This document shows positions 54,578 to 64,000 of a DNA stretch of 64,000 bases, in pieces. Numbering within the stretch: position 1 is the first letter of the stretch; each line of letters begins with the position of its first letter. Under the pieces are notes generated by a model. It searched no databases. It was not told the DNA's origin and saw only the letters and a program-made list of their open reading frames with translations. The position numbers and the translations under genes were made by a program. The stretch comes from Mobula hypostoma (Eukaryota). Where the stretch lies: NCBI RefSeq assembly GCF_963921235.1, contig NC_086097.1, forward strand, positions 66,280,001 through 66,344,000, written 5' to 3'.

Positions 54578-55705
54578 GACTCCCACTGCAATTTGCCTAG
54601 TGCCACAATAGGTCTACAGTGGATGCAATCTCATTGGCTCTTTACATGGCCTTTGATCACCTGGACAACCCTGATACTTATGTCAGGATCAGGCTGCTGT
54701 TTATTGATTACAGCTGAGCATTTAACACAATCATTCTTACAGTTGTCATCAAAAAGCTCCAGATCCTGGACCTCTGTACCTCCTCTTGTAACTGGATTTC
54801 CGGTTTCCCCACCAGAAGATCACAGTCTATGTGGATCGGAAAAACCATTTTAAGTTTGCTGATAATCAACACTGGCACATCTCAAGGATGTGTGCTTAGG
54901 CCCACCGCTCTACTCTCTCTACACCCATGACTGTGTGGCTAGGCATGGCTCAAGTGCCATCTGTAAATTTGCTGCTAACACAACTGTTGTTGGCAGAATT
55001 TCAGATGGTGATGAGATGTACAGAAGCGAGATAGATCAGCTTGTTGAGTGATGTCGTAGCAACAACCTGCACTCAATGTCAGTAAGACCAAAGAATTGAT
55101 TGTGGACTTTGAAAAGGTTAAGATGAGGGAATACACACCAGTCCTCATCAAGGAATCAAACGTGGAAAGGGTGAGCAATTTCAAGTTCCTGGTGTCAATA
55201 TCTCTGAGAATCTGTCCTAGGCCCAACATATTTATGGAATTACAAAGAAGGTATAACAGTGGCTATATTTCATTAGGAGTTTGAGGAGATTTGGTATGTC
55301 ACCAAAGATATTCACAAATTTTTACAGATATATCGTGGAGAGCATTCTAACTGGCTGCATCACCATCTGGTATGGGGGGGGGCACTGCACAGGGTTGAAA
55401 TAAGCTGCATCACCCAGCACATGCCCTCTTCTCATTGATACCATCAGGGTGAAGGTACAGGAGCCTGAAGGCACACACTCATGGGTCAGGAATGGATTCT
55501 TTCCCTCTGACATTGAATCCATGAACACTACCTGACTACTTTTTTCCCCTCTCTTTTTGCACTACTTATTAAATTTAATTAAAAAAAATATACTTCCTAC
55601 TGTAATTTAGTTTTTTATTATTATATATTGCAATATTGCTGCTGCATAACAACAAATTTCATGACATATGCCAGTAGTATTAAACCTGATTCTGATTTTG
55701 ATTTT
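54578..55705 (+). mobile_element. Degraded Rex1/Babar LINE inserted between ERV gag and protease
   Basis: RT remnants ([21 protein letters not shown]) and a (TCTGAT)n-like tail at about 55686-55705. Confidence 0.88.
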
Positions 55706-56933
55706 AATAAACTTCTTGTCTATATCCGTGGGTGACGAGTACTGACAATGGTACTTGCTGCAAGCTATTTGACTTGGATGCTGTTTTCACTAGCTCTATA
55801 ATCTAGTCAGCAATGAAATTGAACAGTGAGGGTGCTGCTTTCATATCTGCTTGTTTTGGTGGGTGACTCTCACACCTGTCTCTCCTTTTACGACACTGTC
55901 TCAAACTTTGGCCTGTTAGGCCACAGCTGTTGCATATCATCTCATTCTATATCTGTTTTGGCAGTTTCTTGCCAGGTGCCCCAGTTGCTAGCATACAAGT
56001 CAAGGTCGATCTCACTACTAAACCCAAATCTAAATCTTCCTGGTGGCCTGAGCTGAGGCCTTCCTTCAGCATTTTCAGGAAGACTGGATCATCCCTCCCT
56101 GCATTGTCCAACCCAGAGTATTCATCAAGTGCTCGATATTTACAGTCTAAATAATCCCCCTACATAATCATCAGCTCTCTGAACTGCCAACATTATCATT
56201 CCCCAGTTACTCTCACCGTCAGTCGTTGCCTCACTTCCTCCTTATTACAGCTGTTCCCACTAGTTGCCCATGTACCATTCCACCCTCCCTGAGCCATATT
56301 ATCCCACATACTACTAGGGCATTTTGTTTTATTAACACGTGAATTTCAATATTTATCTTCAAGCTTGCACCAAAATTCTGAATTCCCACAAGCAACTAGG
56401 TGAGTGCAGCTCAGACAAAATGCTATGCTTCTCCCCGGGGTGAAGGGTCTATGAATGGTGTTAATCAATGTCAAGGGTTGGCTCTGGTCATCAGGATTCT
56501 CGACTTCTTGTCTGACCTCAGTAGGTACCATCCTAACAGATATACCTGGGTATAACCTCTCCCTTAAGTATTTCCACACTAATTCCTATATTAAGCAAAA
56601 TGTAAGGGATGGATAAAAAATTAATCAGTACATATTTGAAACCACTGAGTATGTACTCTGTGCCATTGAACTCATGATATCTTTGTTGTATTCTTTTCAA
56701 TATAATACACACACCCCTCTGGCATCCTGAACAGTGAGTCTCCACCTTTCACAACTGGTGGCCAACTCACCAAGCTACACAAAACTGTCTGAAAGCTGGT
56801 ACCTTATGCAAATACACATGCATGCACACGCACTTTGTAGGCCTGAACAGATTTAAGCATGGGGTGCTACTCTTAAAAATACTCATCCCCTTAGACTGCT
56901 GAAGTTGCTGGCTACAGAGTGGGTCACAAATGT

Positions 56934-56951
56934 ATCTCGAATGAGCCCCCA
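56934..56951 (-). promoter_or_regulatory. Retroviral primer-binding site, tRNA-Pro type
   Basis: The minus strand reads TGGGGGCTCATTCGAGAT, 15/18 to the MLV-type PBS-Pro TGGGGGCTCGTCCGGGAT, two nt (TT) after the LTR terminal CA. Confidence 0.82.
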
Positions 56952-57083
56952 AATGTTGCGACTGTGATTGAAATCACCAGAGGGACACTGAAGCTGGTGA
57001 TATAGAAGTCTTTATTCATCACAACAAGCAGGCACCGTTCTGGAGATACTCAGTAGAGGCTCACAAACTTATTACATGATATA

Positions 57084-58655
57084 CAGGTGTCCCCCGCTTT
57101 TCGAACGTTCGCTTTACCAAACCTCACTGTTATGAAAGACCTACATTAGTTCCCTGTTTTCACTAACAGAAAGTGTTTTCACTGTTACGAAAAAAGACAG
57201 CGCATGAAAAAAAAATCAGCGCGCGCCCCGAGCAGCCGCTGCTCCCGGGATTCGGAACAGCATTCTCGCCGGCATTGCTGCCTGTGAGCATCTGTGTTTA
57301 TGTCGATTTATTTTGAGCAGCCGTTTGCAAGATGAGTTCTAAGGTATCGGAAAAGCCTGAAAGAGCTCGTAAGGCTGTTACACTTAGCGTAAAACTAGAC
57401 ATAATTACACGTTTCGATCGTGGTGAATGAAGTAAGGACAAAGTGAGTTTGGCTTGTGGAAGTTGACGAAGATGATGTTGAAGCGATTTTGGCATCCCAT
57501 GACCAAGAACTGATAGATGAAGAGCTTATGCAATTGGAAGAGGAAAGGATAACAATCAAAAACAAATACAGTAGTGAAAGTGAAGTCGCCCAGGAACTGA
57601 ACGTGAAGCAGCTGCGTGAGATTTTTGCTGCAATGGTAAAGTATGACTTTAATTTTGAAAGGGTACGTCGGTTTAGGGCATATTTGCAGGATGGTTTGAG
57701 TGCTTACAAAGAACTGTCAAACAAGCCTTCCACATCAGCCACAGTAGACGACGAACCTCGATCTTTGACATCGAGGCAGGCAGACATAGAAAAAGATGAC
57801 CTGCCTGCCCTGATGGATGATGAGATGACACCTCAGTGTCCCACTACCCCAACCCCCGGGCTGCGGACTGATACATTGCCGCGGAGAATGCAGCAGTAGC
57901 CGGGAGGCACACAGCACATCTTCAAGAAAAAAAGCCGAAATAAACAAGCTAATTAATTAGGTGCTGCCTGGCACGTAAATGTCGGCCCAGGTCAGAGGCA
58001 ATTGCCGATTGTGTCGTCTCTGATCTGGGCCAACATTTACGTGCCGGGCAGCACCTAATTAATTAATTTGTTTGTTTCGGCTTTTTTCTTAAAGTTGTGT
58101 TGGGTGCGTCCCGGCTACCGTTGTACCCCTGCGTGCTTTGCGGATCGGTATCGGTTCACTGCCCGGAGGGTGGGGGCCACTGCACCACCCCAACCTCCGA
58201 CGACTCAGCCTAACACACCATCATCAGTGTGCTCGGCGTTGTCCCAGTCCCGGTAAGTGAAACTACACTGTACATACATTATTTCTACTTTATATCGGCT
58301 GTGTATTTTTATGTGTTATTTGGTATGATTTGACAGCTTCATAGCTTAAAGGTTACCGGACAGCGCTTGCGTAAGATTTTCGCTACCGAGAACAGTGCAA
58401 CAATGATTGTGGAAAAGTATTTCTACTTTATATAGGCTGTGTATTTATCATATCATTCCTGCTTTTACTATATGTTACTGTTATTTTAGGTTTTATGTGT
58501 TATTTGGCATGATTTGGTAGGTTATTTTTGGGTCTGCGCAGGCTCACAAATTTTTCCCATATAAATTAATGGTAATTGCTTCTTCGCTTTACGACATTCC
58601 GGCTTACGAACCGTTTCATAGGAATGCTCTACCTTCGGATGGCGGGGGAAACCTG
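57084..58655 (+). mobile_element. Tigger/pogo-like non-autonomous DNA transposon (1572 bp)
   Basis: TIRs CAGGTGTCCCCCGC and GCGGGGGAAACCTG with a TA TSD on both sides. A CENP-B/psq-like start (RARKAVTLSVKLDIITRFDRGE) is joined to an acidic C-terminal remnant (ORF 57456-57899). Confidence 0.9.
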
Positions 58656-58950
58656 TATCTTTAAGATCAATGGTAACAGTAGGTGATTCAATACATTTTC
58701 AATTGTTCGAATGGCATTGATTACTTCTGTATTGACAATGCTTCCTTTGAATTGCACGTTCACAGTGGGAGACAACCCTGAATGTTCAAATATCTTTACC
58801 AGTTTCAAACTTGGCTGAATTTAGTTCCAAAGGTGCAAATTACTTAAACCCATATTTGCCTGGATTGCTGCAGGTTAATTAACACAACCCCATTGTCTGA
58901 CACATATCCAAATGTCTCATGCTCACCATTTTGCAAACCTTAGTCTCTTA

Positions 58951-59083
58951 GAATGAGAAAATCTGCAGATTCTGGAAATCAAAGTAATACACACAAAATA
59001 CTGGAGATACTCAGCAGGCTAGGAAGCATCGATGCAAAAGAGTGAACAGTCAACATTTTGGCCCCAGACCTTTCATCAGGACT
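58951..59083 (-). mobile_element. Penelope pLTR fragment with a degenerate hammerhead motif
   Basis: The minus strand reads AGTC-CTGATGA-AAGGTCTGGGGCC-AAAATGTT-GACT. Confidence 0.8.
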
Positions 59084-59164
59084 TGTAGATGGTGGATACT
59101 CCAGTAATCTTCGGAAATTGCAGAGATGCTAGTACAGTTTCTGGATATTAGAAGACAGTGAATA

Positions 59165-59693
59165 AGCTCAATGGCCACTTTATTACATACAGAAATGTAA
59201 CCTGCTCTGGTCTTTTGGTACTGTAGCTCATCGGCTTCATGGTTCAATATGTTATGCATTCAGAGATGCTTTTCTGCACACCACTGTTGTAAAGTGTGGG
59301 TATTTGAATTACTGTCACCTTCTTGTCAACTTGAACCAGTCTGGCCATTCCCTTCTGCCCTCTCATTAACAAGGCATTTCCGCGCACAGAACCTTTGGTC
59401 ACTGGATGTTTTTTTTTGTCTTTTTGCACCATTCTCTGTAAACTCTATTGTTCCTCTCTGTTGTTCCTATAAATCCCAGGAGATCAGCAATTTCTGAGAT
59501 ACTTAAATTATGGTCAAAGTCACTTAGATCACATTTCTTTCCCACTTTGATGTTTGGTCTGAACAACAACTGAACATCTTGACCATGCTTTCTTGCTTTT
59601 ATGCATTCAGTTGCTGCCATGTGATTGGCTGATTAGATCTTTGCATATTAACAATAAGGGGCACAGAATACCTTATAAAGTGGTCACTGATTG
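59165..59693 (-). mobile_element. Tc1/mariner-family non-autonomous element with a transposase remnant
   Basis: TIRs CTCAATGGCCACTTTATTA and ATAAAGTGGTCACTGATTG flanked by TA, with remnant RGQKGMARLVQVDKKVTVIQIPTLYNSGVQKSISE. Confidence 0.8.
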
Positions 59694-60921
59694 TATATGC
59701 TGCTGAAAAGGCAAGTGAGGAAAAAAATTGGAAATTTTAAACTTTGTAAACTAATAATACTATTGAGCAGTCAATATGGATTCTTGAAAGTGAAAAAATG
59801 TTTATATAATGCATATGAGGAAAAGTTAAATTCATGCAATTTATATTCATTAATTTTTGGAAGAATGATGTACTGCAGAACTAAGATACAGTGAAAATCT
59901 TTGTTTTGAATGCCATCCAGGCAGGTTATTCCAAACATAAGTACATTGAGGTAGTACAAAAGGAAAAACTATAACAGAATGTAGAATGTAGTTTACAGAA
60001 AAAAATGCAGTGCCAGTTGATGGGCAAGTGCAAGATCATAACGAGGTAGATTGTGACATCAAGACTATTTTGATTGTACAAGAGTCTTATAACAGCATGA
60101 TCAAAGCTGCCCTTGAGCCTAGTGATAAGAGTTTTGAGTTTCGTGTTTTCTGCCCATTGGGGGTGGGGTGGGGTGAAGAAGGTAAGCTGACTTGGGGAGA
60201 GGGTTCTTTTATTGTATTGACTTCTTTTCCGAGATAGCTGGAAATGTTGATGGTCAGTGGAGGAGAGACTGGTTTTCTTGATGGATTTGCTGTGTTTATA
60301 GTCCTCAACAACTTCTTGTGGTCTTGGACAGATAAAACCACAAAAAGTTGCATGCACTGATATAACTGTAACATGGGCAGATACTTAAGAATATGTAAAG
60401 TTGATAGGTATATGCTAATCACAACAAGCAGGATAAATCTAATCTCAAGTTATTGCAATAACTCTATCCTCAGTTATATGAAATGTATTTGAAGGCATCA
60501 TTGTCAATGCTATAGGCTAGCCTTTACAAATAACAAGTTGTTAATTCTCTGTTTGGTTTCTGCCCCTTTCCTGTAAAGCTAATTTTATATGTGCTGAATA
60601 TTATTCTTTGGACTTAAAAATAATTAAAATATTTTATTTTGCTTTTAAACTATTGGTTATGATATTTCATTTTCAGTATAAAATATGTCTACGGTTCAAT
60701 CTTTTAAAAGGTCTCTGTTAAACAGGAAAGATTTCTGTTTAAAAGATCAAATTAAGAACAATTTGCACCTGATTAGTAACGGTCTGTCAGAACTCTGCAA
60801 CTTGATTGACTGTTCAGCATGTTTGATCACGTTATTGTCTTTGGGAGTTAAGAATTCCCTAGAGAATGTACCCGGCAGCAACTTGCTTCGGAAAGGAGAT
60901 GCATGTTGCAGAGCCTACTTA

Positions 60922-61807
60922 GGCTACTTGCACACTAGACCGGTTAAATCCGTAACCGAAGCTTTTTCTCTTCATTTTGACCCTCAGTCCACACTGAAAC
61001 AACATTTTCCTCCCCCGAAAATGAAGTTTTTCTAAAACGCTCTCCAGAGTGTGTAAATTTGAAAATGCTGATTGTGCAGAGCAGTGTGGACGGGGCAACC
61101 AGAGATTTTTAAAAACACTGTCATGACGTGCCGGAACAGATGGTGGCGGCAGTGCAACATTTCATTGTTTTCTTGAATGCAACTCCCCACACAACCTAAC
61201 AATTTCAGAACAGGCGGCGATGAGACTGAAGCCAGAAGAGTTAGAAACGTACTCACCAAATACTTTGACCCATAACTTACTGAATAAATAAGTTATACTC
61301 ACTTTGCCCTGTTTTCTGTCCTTGCTTATATGAAGGTGGTTTACCTATTTATGCAAGTACTTCTCTGACAATAGATGTGTAACAGCCTAATGTAACATGG
61401 TATGGAAATACAAGATAACACTGATGCAGAGATGTTTTATACATTTAACAAGGTGCTTTATCAACCGGGTCATACTGTCAGTTCCCTCCATATGCTCCAG
61501 TATTTGCTTTTTTTAGTTTCAAGTTCTCCTGCGCGAAAGCCAACAGCTGTCCCTCGTTTGGCAATTTCCTTTTAAGTTTTTCTAGTCTGTAACTACACAA
61601 ACACGCATTTTCACAGTGAGATTCGACACCAAACATGTCACTTGTTTTCTGTAGATGTGTCCTGTGCATGCCCAGTAGGAGGAGATTCGCCCAAATACCC
61701 GTTTTAATGTGGACGGAGGTATTTTCAAAAACGCTTGGTGTGGACGCCTATCGTTTTTACGTGAAACTGGCATTTTCAAAATTATCCGGTCTAGTGTGGA
61801 GGTAGCC
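60922..61807. mobile_element. PIF/Harbinger-type MITE (886 bp)
   Basis: TIRs GGCTACTTGCACACTAGACCGG and CCGGTCTAGTGTGGAGGTAGCC, with a 3-bp TTA TSD at 60919-60921 and 61808-61810. Confidence 0.88.
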
Positions 61808-62291
61808 TTAGTGGGAGGGTATTTGTGAATCTAGAAGCAAGTACTGTCACTTTCAATTCACTGAAATGTCTGAGCTGATATTCTGGAAAGTTTACTGCAT
61901 TGCCATGTTGCAGGATGGTAACATTTGATATATACTTTTCATGTTAACTGTGTATTAAGTTCCTTTATTGAGTAAACTTTTATGTGATCTGTTGAGGAAA
62001 CAAGAAGAATAAACATCTGTCATTTCTTATAAGTTTTAACTGTAACATTTCATTGTTTAGCTCAGTATAATTTAGATTTCAATTTCAAGAAACTGTAGTA
62101 TGAATAGTGTCTGCATTAACCTGTGAAATTGCATAAACACTGCAGAAATATTTTACTAAATATGTATTGATAACATAGAAAATACCTACTTCTATAGCAT
62201 TTTGTTTTGTGTTATTTGGTTACTGTGTTTTGCTGCAACTGCTCATGTTATTTTCTTAAGTTGAAACTAAAATGTTATTTTCTAATTTTAG

Positions 62292-62451
62292 ATATGTTTA
62301 TGAAGGAATTCCTGTATCAGAGGTGATTCAGGAAAATTTCCAGGATAGTATTAAGTTATTACCACCACTTTCACCAGAATATTTGTATGAATGGCAAAGG
62401 ATTGCAGAATATTACGTGGAGAGACCTAGAATGATACTTTTGGGAAAATCG
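62292..62451 (+). CDS. Internal coding exon (YVYEGIPVSEVIQENFQDSIKLLPPLSPEYLYEWQRIAEYYVERPRMILLGKS), phase 2-0
   Basis: aattttag|A acceptor, open frame and TCG|gtaggt donor. Phase matches exon 37229-37438. Confidence 0.85.
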
Positions 62452-63426
62452 GTAGGTAATTAAAGCAATAATTTTATTTCTTTAACCTCATGAAAATATA
62501 AAATTGTAATAAATGGTAAGCTTTGACTGTTTTCAGAAGTGATGTACAGTTTTTTAAAAAATTATTGTTCAGTAAAATACCATCTTAAAAAGTTACTACA
62601 CAGGAGCTCATAACATTGGGTGTAATGTATCAACTTAAACAGAAGATTGGCAAAAGAACAGAAATAATATGGAGACAAGAATTAATATCTTCTCTCACTT
62701 GTGAATCATTATAATTCTCTACGCCAGGAAATGGAGTCTGAATGACTGAATGTATTCAAGATGACACATTTTCTTCCATAGTTGCAGTCATTGTTAGTGG
62801 GAAACAAACAGGTAGGTGGAGCTTCCAAGATCGGATCTCCCATGATTACATTGGATGGTGAAGTAGGCATAAGGGGACATACAGTATAGTCTACTCACTC
62901 TCCTTTTGTAATGCTTTCAATTAAGGTTATTTATTGAAAGTTAGAGGTATTCTTTGTGTATGAAGAACTGTACAGTTATTACAGACCCAGGAACTGCAGC
63001 AAAGCATGGCCTCTTATCCAAGAATCTTTTGTTCCAGCAAACCTCTATGGACTATACTTATAACCCACAGAATAACTGTAATGTAATACTGTACTGTACT
63101 AATCAACACTATAGACTTAAAACCGCACTGCTCCTACTTTTGAAAAGACAGGAATGTTGTTTATTCATATCCAGTACAGTTGCAGATATAACCATATCAT
63201 GGGTTGCCTTGTGCTGTTGAACCTTTGTAACAGAATAAGTGTGATTGAAGACAGAAAGGACTGAAAATTCTGGATTTTGGAGCAAAAAAAACATCCTGCT
63301 GAAAGAATTTAGCAGACCAGGTACCATCTGTGGAAGCAAAGGGATGGTTGACATTTTTGGTTGAGTACATGCATCAGTTGGGCAGGTCATTTGCAGATGT
63401 CAAAGAACAGATATGTATGATGTATG

Positions 63427-63522
63427 ACAAACAAAAGAAAATCTGCAGATGCTGGAAATCCAAGCAACACACACAAAATGCTGGAGGAACTCAGCAGGCC
63501 AGGCAGTAACTATGGAAAATAG
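63427..63522 (-). mobile_element. Penelope pLTR fragment
   Basis: GAAAATCTGCAGATGCTGGAAATCCAAGCAACACACACAAAATGCTGGAGGAACTCAGCAGGCCAGGCAG, as in the other copies. Confidence 0.85.
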
Positions 63523-63867
63523 TAGGTTCAATAGATTCAAAAGGTACATTTAATGTCAGAGAAATGTATACAATGTACTTCCTGAAATTCTTTTCCTTTG
63601 CAAGCATCTATGAAAACAGAGGAGTTCCTCAAAGGATGAATGACAGTTAAACGTTGGAACCCCAAAGACCCCCCCCAGCTCACATGCACAAGCAGCACAA
63701 AGGCCATGACCCCCCCCACCGGCAAAAAAGCATCAGCACCCTTCACCGAACACTCAAACATGCAGCCAAAGCATCAATAAAGACACAGACTTGCAGTACC
63801 CCAAAGATTACAGTATTTGCTCACCCGGTAATTTGACATACCAAAGGCGCGTGCGTGTATTCTCATT

Positions 63868-63872
<5 letters not shown>

Positions 63873-63954
<82 letters not shown>

Positions 63955-63993
63955 TCTCTCTCTCTCTCCCTCCCTCCCTCCCTCCCTCTCCCT
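63873..63993. repeat. (CT)n microsatellite grading into (CCCT)n
   Basis: Directly visible dinucleotide run. Confidence 0.98.
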
Positions 63994-64000
63994 AATAAGG

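Larger units (their letters stand above)
50407..58950 (-). mobile_element. Decayed class I-like (gamma/epsilon-like) endogenous retrovirus lacking RT and env
   Basis: Direct repeats (LTRs) at about 50407-50842 and 56954-58950 (the latter includes the Tigger insert), PBS-Pro at 56934-56951, gag MHR-like NWGMIMLAVQRADDYVG/DYLD..ALDEYSGL (about 56100-56220), protease MLVDTGPS (54543-54566), and RNase H GNRSADYGAKRA (about 54075-54112). Confidence 0.8.

Noticed and set aside
1..64000. The many 60-150 aa ORFs in the track as independent genes
   Set aside because: They are antisense or off-frame shadows of TE coding sequence, or chance ORFs in AT-rich intron.

Overview
Eukaryotic (vertebrate) genomic DNA dominated by transposable elements. 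The CR1, Rex1/Babar and Penelope content suggests a cartilaginous fish such as a ray or shark; this is inferred from repeat style, not proven. At least seven phase-compatible coding exons of one + strand host gene that I cannot name lie between 20749 and 62451; no start or stop codon is confidently located. The introns hold nested CR1 LINEs, Rex1/Babar LINEs, an L1/Tx1-type 3' fragment, Penelope-like elements whose termini carry minimal hammerhead-ribozyme motifs, a tRNA-derived SINE, a solo LTR, and hAT, Tigger/pogo, Tc1 and PIF/Harbinger DNA elements. The main hidden structure, not visible in the ORF track, is a fragmented minus-strand class I-like endogenous retrovirus at about 50407-58950. 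It has two LTRs, a tRNA-Pro primer-binding site, a gag major-homology-region-like segment, a protease (MLVDTG), an RNase H C-terminus and an integrase-like remnant, but no room for reverse transcriptase or env. All motif calls were made by eye, and boundaries of degraded repeats are approximate.
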